From Orbicella franksi (taxonomy: Eukaryota): DNA of 64,000 nt. A program made the translations under genes and the position numbers. The DNA lies in assembly GCA_964199315.1 (NCBI GenBank), contig OZ116703.1, forward strand, positions 31,248,001 through 31,312,000. Direction: 5' to 3'. Of the stretch, positions 26,701-37,700 are shown one piece after another; position 1 is the stretch's first letter, and every line of letters starts with the position of its first letter. The notes below the pieces were generated by a model, which had not been told where the DNA came from, did not search any database, and saw nothing but the letters and a program-made list of their open reading frames with translations.

Positions 26701-29700
26701 CAGGCTTCACTCTTGCTCATCGTAGCATACTTGGCGTCTGCGCTTGGAAGTTCTTTTCCTTTCTCGTTGTCGCTGTAAACATCTGGGGTTTCTGGCGGTG
26801 TTGGGTTAATTTTGGCTTCTCTGTTTTTCCGGCACACGCAGTACAATGCGATAACAAAAATTAAAATAACGACAAACGCACCCACACAAGCAACAGCGAT
26901 GATGTAAACTGGCATGCGGTCTTCATCTTCTGGCACAGGTTCGACTTTCTTTGTTTCACCATCGACTTTCATGATTGGTAAGGTTGTTAGCGTTTCTCCA
27001 TTAAACTCGAACTTCAGCCCTTCTTTCACATCCTCCCATAATTTATCAACCGTGGCCTCCCGCTTCGATTCAGGCACAGTCATGTTGAATGAAGCCACAA
27101 TACTGCCTTTTCTTACTACACAGTCGCTTACTGTCGCCTCGGGGTACATCTCTGATAGCTTGATCTCACACTGACTTTGAAATTGCGCTTCTCTCCCTTT
27201 GACAAGCTCGTCATAGTCGCCTTGGAAAGTTATTTCCACAGGGAATATAACAAGCGGATCATTGCATTCTGCGGTGGACTCAGAGATTAGCAGTTTGCGC
27301 TGTGGTATGAAGCTTGGCTGATTTTTAACCCAGGTAGTAACAGATGCATTAGACACGAGATTGGAAGTGAGAAACATTGAAACGACATGTTTCATTCCAT
27401 CAAAAGGCAACTCTTGCAGGATGGAAACGCCCACATCAATATATTCCAGCTCCGATTCCGTGGCTGCAATAACGTATTTTCCGCCTTCGTAACTAGCTTT
27501 GATCAGACCATCTACGTATAAAGCCCCGTCCACGGTTAATTTCGTGCCTGCTGTAAAACTTGTCTGTTCAAATTGAGCAGCAAAGCGTGGCCCAGGGTTT
27601 GAAAACAGAAAGTAAACCTCGGTTTGCGGAGACGAGACCGCTGATCCATCTTTGTTCGCCAGTTTCACAGCGAATTCTAAGCTGCAACGATCCGTTGATT
27701 TTGGAATATGGTAATTAAGCTCTGTCACAAACCTTGCCTTTTCCAGATAAATAAGGGACAAGAAGATGGCGTCGTTATTCTCGATGGCCTCGTTCCAGGT
27801 AACATCCATCCGCGCTTTCATCTCTTCAGTGAATTGGGATTTCGAAGATGCAGAGATGTAACCACTAATGAAAGCGACGTCTATAATGTCAAACGCGCAG
27901 TCTAAGTTGATATCACCCAGATGCGTATCAGGACAAGGGGAAGCTACGTTTGTAGGTGGTATCGGTGACAGCTCTTTATTTACTGTCCTGAAAAATGCAA
28001 CATCGACTTGAGGAATACCGCTTCTCTTAGATGTAAAGGCAACTTCTCCTACATTTTCTGACAGGGCCTTAGATTCCATCAGCGGTCCGAAGATATTGAT
28101 TGAACTGCCAAGCACTGTGTATGGGAGGTCTGTAGTGACTGTATCTAGACTCAAATCGTTCGTGCCGAACTGAATCTCTACATGTACTGCCAAGATTCCA
28201 ACAGTGCCAGGGTTTACTCTGATCGCCATTTTCCAAGTATCCCCTTCACTTAGTGACGGAATAGCTGCTCCTTCTTTGCTTCCAACATCAATTTCGCCAA
28301 CGTTTGGCTCCAGGTTGCAGTAAACTGCAAAGTCTTTTGTTACGCTTGAGTTTCCAACAAGCGTGGCTGTTATGGTTACACGACTGCTGCTGTCTGCGAC
28401 CAGAGTCACTACACCAGAGGACGGATGGATTTTTGCAGTAGCAGGGTCGCTTGAGGTGAACCCAACCAAACCACCGTATCGGGTGAAGTTGTTGATAAGA
28501 TGGGTGGATCCATCCTCCATTTCCACCTCGGCAAACGGTGATGCAGTTGTTCCCGTAATACCGCTCAGTGTCGTGTTGACACCCTCCAAGCCAAACCGAA
28601 TAATCGCAACTGTATTTAGGACTGTTGAAGACAATGTTAGATCAACACTTGCTGAAAGACTACGAGCAAACTCTGCCTGCAATGATACCATTCCGCTCAA
28701 GCCGCTTCCTTCGATGGAGAAGAGATTACGCGGAGCGGGTCCAAATTCAAAAGTGCCTCCAACTAGCTGAGCATTTGTTAAAGCAAACGAAGTGTTAGCT
28801 GAAGTGGAAACGTCCACGGTTTGCCCATTTGTCAAACCAAGAAGAACTTTGAGTAAAACTCGCTGATAGTGTCCCGGGATAATTTGTTTGAGCTCAATAA
28901 CCTCTGAATCGTCGGGAATATCCGAATATGGAACAGCTTTGACGGCCAGGTTGCTGCTGCCCACCACAGTTACATTCACCTCGACCGAGTTGACGTTCGT
29001 GACGTGAACAAGGAGTTTGCCAATTCCAGCCAAACCCGCGTTGTTTGCTATGACGTAAGGTACGCCATTATTGACAGCACTGAAGAGGTTATCGGACTTC
29101 GACAAATCATCCAGTGTGTAACGGTTTCCATTCATGGTGATATCTACTTCAGTTCCATTCTCGTACACCAGGATTATCTCCAATGTAGACCTATCTGCGA
29201 TGCCAGCCAGACCTGCTGGATTGATTGGCGAGGCAATGAATGATTGGATCAAACGCGCCTTGGCGGTGTACATTCCACTGTCGTCTATGTTAAGTACCCG
29301 TATCTCGAGGTTGGTAGTAATTGTTCTTCTGTTGCTACTGACCGGGCTGTTATCGGTAACTGTAACTTCCAAGTTGTGCTGATTAATTGTTTCAAAATCC
29401 AACGCCTTTGCCAACGTGATGACACCTGGTAAAGATTGTAATGAAACAATTGTGGCAATCATATTTTTTATTAACAATGCACTCGGCATTCCAGAAGTCT
29501 GGTCCATTAATAAAAGTTTTGCACCCGAAAGCGAAGCCGAATTTCGCTTCCCAAATCTTACGTTATTTGACCAGTTTGAAAAACTTTCACTGAGTATAGA
29601 TCAAGCTCAAGACACATTGATTGTGGACACAAGTCCTCGGTACTATGGATAAAATCTTGAAAAATACAAAATGCTAAGATTAGTCAAGAGTTTAGCTCGC

Positions 29701-31729
29701 TTTTAAGGTAAATTATCTTGTAACCTCTAACTTTTCAAATTACAGGGCAAAATCATGAGCAATAAATTTTCAGATGACAGCTGGGTTAAGCATGACGGTA
29801 AAAGTGCCTCTTTCAGACACGACAATGAACCGGCAATCTCGGCAGAGATTAGGACGCATAGGACGTTTCCCTATTACGTCATGCTGACGTTATAAAATTT
29901 GAATTAACTGCGATGCTGGCGGTGCTTGTCGCTTGGATAATAAAAGTGATTTCCCCAATTTTACAATCTTCAGTGAAGCTGCATATGACGGAATTGCTGA
30001 CTATTTGCCTATTTTACCTTGTTTATTACCACCTACCTGTGACGTGGTCGATGGCAAACGTTCCCAGGCTGTTGCCGTTTGTAATGGAGTACGTCAGAAC
30101 GCCATCATCTCCGTAATCATCGTCGGTAGCATTGACGTCAAAAATCACTGTCGATATACTGGTGTTCTCACTCAATTCTACGACTTGGTTATCAGCATGC
30201 TGCAGGGCTGGAGTAAATTCGTTGACACTCTGTACTGTGATAGCCAAGGGCACTGAATTGTTGAGCTCTACTGGCGATCCCTTGTCCTTTACAAATATGA
30301 CCAATTGGTACGAACGGTCAGCGGTATGGTTTTGCGTCTCCAGATCCAGGCTCTTGGCGACGCGTATGATACCTTGGTTAGATTCGATGCTGAAAAGACC
30401 CCGTTCATTGCCGCTTGCTATGGAATACACAAGTTCCCCATTGGATTCAAAATCAGGATCTGTCGCTGTTACAGTGATCACTTCATCGCCAATGGCAATG
30501 TCTTCGTCCACGAGCTGAGAGTAAAAGCTCTTAGCAAAGCTCGGAGCATTGTCGTTTACATCCATCAAGCTGAGGAGGACAGTGGTGGTGCCGGACTTAC
30601 GGTTGCCTGTCGCACGATCTTTAGCTGTGATTTCTAGGCTATAGGTTGGCTGCGCCTCTCGATCCAAGGAGGCATCCGTGGTGATGTTCCCTGACACAGC
30701 GTCTATGAAGAATCTCAGGTCGTCGTTTCCGGCGGTGATACTGTATCTTATTTCACCGTCTGAACCGAAGTCGGCATCTGTAGCGCGTGCCTGGTAAATG
30801 AAGCTTCCAACAACAATGTCTTCACTGACTGTGACTGATACGGCCGAGGAAGCAAAACTTGGCGCGAACTCGTTCTTAGAAATCACGTGTATAACGAGTG
30901 TCGTGTTCGAGTGCAGCAAGGGACTCCCAGTATCCTGTGCCATCACTGTTAACATATGTGTCCATGTGGATAGCTCTCTTGTGTCCATGTCGAGGGAGGC
31001 TGGCGAACAAAAGCAAAGTTAGGTGTTTACAATCGATTCTAAGGTTGAATAAAGTACACAGAGAGTCCTTCTCGTTATTGTTTCACCGCCACCTATCAAC
31101 TCTGGTAATGATGAACAAATGACGGAGTTGAAAAACGCATCTTTTTATTAGGTACGCAAAAGCAATTCAATCGTAGTCGTAGGTAAAGTCTGGACACGAG
31201 TCAAGTGGCTCATCAGGCCGGAGCTTATCCCGGTTTCAGTAGCATGAAGTGACCGGGAGTATTTCTACTCCCCCCTGGATGGGATGTTAGTCTATCGCAG
31301 GGTTACCCCCAGTATTAAATTCGTCGTTACCCATTTATACACCTGGGTGGATAGAGGCACTGTGAGAGTAAAGTGTCTTGCCCAAGGACACAACACAATG
31401 TCCCCGGCCAGGGCTCGAACCCGGACAACTCGCCCCGGAATCGAACGCACTAACCATGAGGCCACCGCGCCTCCCACGTAGACAGGGAAAAATGAAGTTC
31501 ATTAGCCTTATCTCGAGGATAACTGACATGATAAGATAATGCTGCCTGAAGCCTCTGAAACTCTTTCATAATTCATCAAGCTTAAACAAAGGAAATCATG
31601 ACCGTAAAGGTGTTTGGATATCTGATCTCGAAATTCGTCAAACATACTCCGCTACGTGTCGTATTTTCGACTCTCTTCTCGGTGTTTGAAAATGTGGTCA
31701 GAAACGGTCTTTCGTGTTTGATATATTAC

Positions 31730-31775
<46 letters not shown>

Positions 31776-34700
31776 CCCTTTTTCTTACCGTTAATTGTGA
31801 GTTCCCCGGTAGAAGAGTTTAGACTCCAAAACTCACTGCTGTAATTACTGGAAATTATTGAATATGAAACGAGTCCATTCAAACCATCGTCGGGATCTGG
31901 AGCAAAGAACGTGAACACAGTGGACTCAACCGCTGCGTCCTCGTCAATATCCACTTCGTAAAGAGGTTCAGAGAATGTAGGCGCGTTATCATTCAAGTCC
32001 AAAACAGACACGTACACGGTGAATATCGCGAACGCCACGTTTCCCGTGTCATCGTTATCACGAGCGTGAATCACTAGGGTGTAGGATGAGCAGTTTTCGT
32101 AGTCGAGCGAGGACATGAGTCTCAGTTCTCCGGTGGACGCGTTGATGGCAAACATGCCTTCATCGTTACCTGTAAACACACAAAAAGTAATGTTTCAGTT
32201 TACCGGTTGTTTAAGCAGTTTACAACATCTTGATCAACTCTTACTTGAAGACGAGAGAATATACCAGTGTAAACGCATGGCAAACTGTAGCTGAAATATC
32301 GTTGATCCGCTTTAAGCAGAGCCTGAAGATACGGAGTTGCAGCTGTTTGTAGCCAATGAACATTGTTCGAACGCTTGCTATAGCTTAAAGCAGTCTTTCT
32401 AACAAACAGTCTGCTGCTGCTAGGAAATTCCGGCACTAATAACCTTTTAAGCTTGAACCACATGAGATTTTAAGATTGAAACTGACGGTAGTTCGATTAT
32501 AATTGTAAGCTGATTTAATATAACACAGCTGTCTGTAAATCTAAAACAGCGTTCGATTAACGTGAGTGGGTAATAATCTAAGTCACTATCGCTGTAATAT
32601 TTAACATCTAGTCCGTATACAATTAACTGATATTGATATCACCAGGTTATAACCAAGTCTATGGTAGTGCTTGATTGACACGCACCTGAACTAATGACAA
32701 ACGACACCCGTCCCTGCTCCCCATAATCCTGGTCTGTAGCATTGACTTGAACTACCAGCACTCCGTCGCCAACTGCGGCGTTTTCAGCAAAGCTGAAGTT
32801 AAACGAAGAGTCATGCTGAAGCTGCGGAGTAAACTCATTAACTGCTGTAATGCTAATGTTGAGCGTTACACTTGTGTTAAGGCTCTGTGGGACCCCAAGG
32901 TCTTCAACAAAGATGACTAAAGAATGGTCGAAGTCGGGTCTTGGTTCTTGATCAAGATCGTACGAAGCGTTTACTTTCACCTCCCCTGTCGAGTTGTTGA
33001 TAGTAAATAGTCCTGCGTCATTCCCGCTCTTTATGGAATAACGAAATTCACTATTCAAGCCCTCATCCGGGTCATTAGCTTGAAGCGTTATGATGACGTC
33101 TCCAATAGCAGCATCCTCTGGAACGGTAGCGACCATTGAAGGGGTGTTAAATGAAGGAGCATTGTCGTTGATATCGGAAATGGTAACTTCAACCTCCCCG
33201 TCTGTAAAACGCACTTTTTCTGGAACCGCGCCGTCGAACGCGCGTACGGTCAACGTGAACACGGCAGTGGTTTCACGGTCAAGCTCTCCAGCCGTTGTTA
33301 TCTCACCCGATGACGCGTTGATATAGAACTTGTTCCCAGTATTCCCGGTCACGATGGAGTATGAAACATCACCTTGAGAACCAGAGTCATTGTCAGTTGC
33401 CATCACTGTGGCAACGGATTGACCAACAGGAGCGTCCTCTGAGATGGTCGCGTTGTACAAGCCATTAGAAGGGTCAAACACAGGCGAGTAGTCGTTGACG
33501 TATCGAACTTCAAAAGGTTGCGAGTGAACCTATAAAACCAAACGGGCACAAAGTAAGGAGCAGAGATTCACTTTAGTAATAATGCAACTCTGATGTGGTA
33601 CAATCTTTCTGCTTTGCATCCCAGTATTACACTATAAAACCGGATAGACGAATATATCAGAGAGTATTTTGTTCCAGATGGGGATAAGACGTGTCATCTT
33701 AAAAGGGAGATCATCATCTAAACATCAACAAAAGCTAAAAAATTTTCCCCTTAAAATAATCACAACGGACAACAACTACCTTGGCGCTGTAATATCATTT
33801 TTCCAGGTGATGAAATTGAATTTCGTTTCAGTCCAATCTACCGAACTACTATATTATTTCGGATGTTGTAAATACAACCGCTGATACTGTTTTCATAATC
33901 CTAACTTGTTATTACGAACATATTTTCGAGTTACCGAGAAGCCTATTTTTGAGTAACTAACTTGATTGTTATGTGTCCTTACAATTACAGAGCTACATAC
34001 CACGTGACCATAGTTAGACTCGAAGACGAGTTGATAACCAACACCGTAGTAAGATATTGACAAGTTTGTAAACTCCACTCTCTCGTCTTCAACCGTCTCG
34101 TTCAGCACTCCACTCAAGGTTCCATTTAAAGCTGAAGGTTTCAGTGAAGAGGCAATTGACCAATCACCTTTGAGAGGGTGTCCACGCATGCGCGTTCCCA
34201 AGTCTCGTACCTCCACTACTGGAGGTACTCCGAAGATTTCCGACTGGTTGGCTCTGTCTGGTTGTGTTATGACTTCGAGGTAGAACTGTCGCGCAGTTAC
34301 ATTGAATGTCTCGGATGTCACGGACAAACTTGAGTAGGAAGAGGAAGGTTCTGTGATGACAATAAATTCCATCTGATGCCCTTGAGCCACGTCATAGAAA
34401 TTCAAGTCTTGAAATTCTACACGCCCCGAGGTTTGTACTGCAAACAAAGTGGTGCCGTTTACCACAGAATTACTTCCACCGACCATGGTAGCGTTTATAA
34501 ACCAGGATCTACCTCTCCAACCGATGTTATCGACTAAAGAATCTGGGAAGGCATTCCTTATTTCCACTATCGGCTGGCTGCCACAGACCACCGTGTCATT
34601 GCAATCACCCGGTTGTTGAACCAGTTTTAGATAAAGCACTCTTTCGGAAACATTAAATGCGGACGAGTTACCACTGAAGACGTACCTTGAAGGCGGATCA

Positions 34701-37700
34701 GTCATTGCCTCCAATGCAAGGACATAGTTCTCACCGGATATGTCTACGCTGAGGTTTGTAAACTGAGCGACTCCTCTGACAAACTCTACTTGGGTAGTTC
34801 CGTTAAGGTGTCCATCGTTTTCCGCTGGATTGGCAAGAGATGCTGTAAAAAGCCACCGGCGTCCTTTCCAGCCCGTGTTGTTAACAATTTCACCGTTAGC
34901 GGCATCTCGAACTTCAATCCTCGGCTGTTGTCCGAAGCTAACAGTTTCATTCGCGTCGTTGGGTTGATCGGTTACTCTGAAGTACATAATCCTTTCTTTG
35001 ACTTCAAATGGCTGAGAAGTAGCGTTAAAATGGGACGCTAATGGTTTGCTAACGTAAAAGAGCAACTCGTAATCAGTTGCATTGTGCGTGATGCTCAGAT
35101 CGGTAAAATTCGCCCAGCCGTTCTCTAACGTGACATTCACGCTGCCTTCTAGTAACGCAAGTGAGTCTCCAGACCCGTTCTTGATGACTGCCGTGACAGT
35201 CCAGTTGGTAAGGGAACCGTGTCCCAGGGTTGTCACCAGAGTGCCATCAATGTCAATCAGTTTAAGCCTTGGCTGTGACGTGAAGGGTACGGTCTCGTTA
35301 GCTCCGCTTGGCTCAGTCACTAACTCCAGTCTGGCGGGAATAAGGAAGTTGAACACATTACTGGGTGCGTTAGCCTCCTGCTCGGCCTGAACCTCGTCAT
35401 ACCGACTTGTAGAGTTGTCCGTTACGTTAGGCTGAACTGTAAGAAGACAGAAAAAAAACGCAAAATCATGATTGAGGGAGTGTCCCTATATGGGAGGTTT
35501 TAATACTTTAATATTGAGTTTTCTGATCGTCGAGAAGAAAACCATTCGAGGCATTACTTACCAGTCTCGTTAGTTGCTCTGACGCCACCGGTTGGATCAA
35601 CCGGAGGAGGAATTGGGTCCGACATTTGAAGTGATAAGATTTCTACCCCGGCTGTCTGAGCGACAGCTCCCGTCTGTACCTTCTCTACAAATGTATCAGC
35701 AATTTCGCTAAGCTCGTCAAATGATGTTGTTTCGTTGACACCTGCAGTCAACAAAAGATAACGCATAACGCGGTAAGTATATTGATACCACACACAGGGA
35801 AATAAGTTAGTTCTTTTCGGAACCTAAAAGTCAAAAAGCCAGGTGATTAACTATAGTACAGTATCTGTGGCACAAACCGTCGCCGAGTATTGCCACACCC
35901 TCCTAGACTAGGTGCAACTCCATCACAAATTCCACCCCCCCCCCCCCTTTCACCCCGCTGTATTTGTGCGGGTTACTACAGGAATTTTTCAGTATTTTGT
36001 AACAAGAACTAACGAAAAAAAGTCATGGCGTTTCGACCTCTCTGAAGCCGTTTCAAGGGCGAGCGAAAATTACAAAAGTAGCATAAATGTGTTTTTAACA
36101 GTAAAAATTAGTTAAAATTTCACAAACGGTGGAATGCAATGAAATATGTAAAATAAGTGAAAAAATATTTACGAAGTTAAAAAGGGACCTAAAATAATGA
36201 GACAATGAAACAATAAAACAATACCAATGAGATTAAAGAACTGATCTAAACAAATAATTTAGCGCGAATTGAATCACACTGTTTGTTTAGTGTTCGTTTG
36301 AGTTCTTTGATGAAAAACATTTCGAAATAATGACAACACCTTTAATATTCTCGTGTTGTGAGAGACTCTGTTAGAGTAAGTGTCTTGTGCAAGATCATGA
36401 CACAATAACCGCGACCAGCGTAAAACAAAAGAGAAATCCCACTTCCATACCTGTGTAGTTGGAAGATGAAGAGCCGTTTGCAGCTAGAGGAGGATCAGCA
36501 ATCTCAATTTGGACAATCGCCACATCGTCAGATGAGCGTCGCCTTCGTCTACTATTCTCGCTGACAATATCTACTACTCTGATAAGCGACTTATCAATAC
36601 CGAGCAGGTCAGCCAGATTATTGACCAGGTTCTTTGTGAAGAAATCATCGATGGAGACCGCTCTCATACCAAGTTGTACCTGCAAGGAACATAATGATGT
36701 TGTTACACGGCTAATACGGTTTTAAGACTAATGTGTTAACTTTTCAGCTCTAATCACAGGTTTATTTATTTATTTATTTTATTTATGGTTAATTTAGTAC
36801 AGAGCGGTTTTCAATTGAGTGTCGTTAAACCAAAGCAAAGTAATCACTCTAGCTAATGTTAAAGGACGCAGGTAATCCAATGAACCAATCAAAACTCGTA
36901 ATAAATACATTTAGCTGACGTAAAGCGCGGGAAAACTTGTGCCAGCGAGTTGCGATTGGTTTTGTGTTTGAGTCCTGATTGAACGAAAAATTGGCGCGAG
37001 CTTTTTACGCTAATCGTGTGGCGTATTGGCGCAAAGCTGATTATTTCTTTACACTCGTTTAAAAACTGCACTTATTTTACTCGGAGGTGTCTGTAAACGA
37101 CTAATTACCTGGATAACGGGCACTACTCGTATTTCCACAGGGTCTGAACCGCGCAGTACGACAAACAAGGTGGCTCGCTCGCGATCAAAATAATTGACAC
37201 CGCCACTACTGGACAGCGGTGGCTCAAAGTAGTCGTCGGGTGCGCCCGGAGGTATGGGAAGTAAAGTGAAGTCTGATCCCTGGAATTCCGCATTTGTTGG
37301 AAAGATGAATATGTCTGAAAGTCAAGAATTGATGTTAGTGCATTGGTTATTTGATTTTTATAGACTGCTATAAAGAGAACATTACTTGAAATTTTGTGAC
37401 ATTTCTGTTGGTTTTTCTGCGTATGCCTAAGAAAATCTCGAGCGGCGCATTGGCCTCATCGTTAGTGCACTCGAACGGTCCGGGTTCGAGTCCTGGCCGG
37501 GGACATTGTGTGTTGTGTTCTTGGTCAAGACACTGTACTCTCACTGTGCTTCTTCTCCACCCAGGTGTATAAATGGGTACCGCGAACTTATTGCTGAGGG
37601 TAACCTTGCGATGGACTAGCATCCCATCCAAGGGGGAGTAGAAATACTCCTAGAAGCTTCATGCTACAGAAACCGGGATAACCTCCGGCCTGATGGGCTA

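Noticed and set aside
26538-29507. Treating the 989-aa ORF as a stand-alone gene starting at MDQTSG
   Set aside because: The first 27 codons are intronic. The acceptor is at 29426-29427, and the exon continues cadherin repeat 7 in phase with the upstream exon.
31284-31529. Short ORFs and tRNA-like sequence (also 37368..37631, 20750..20999)
   Set aside because: They lie within SINEs; the tRNA-like heads lack a complete cloverleaf, so they are not called as tRNA genes.
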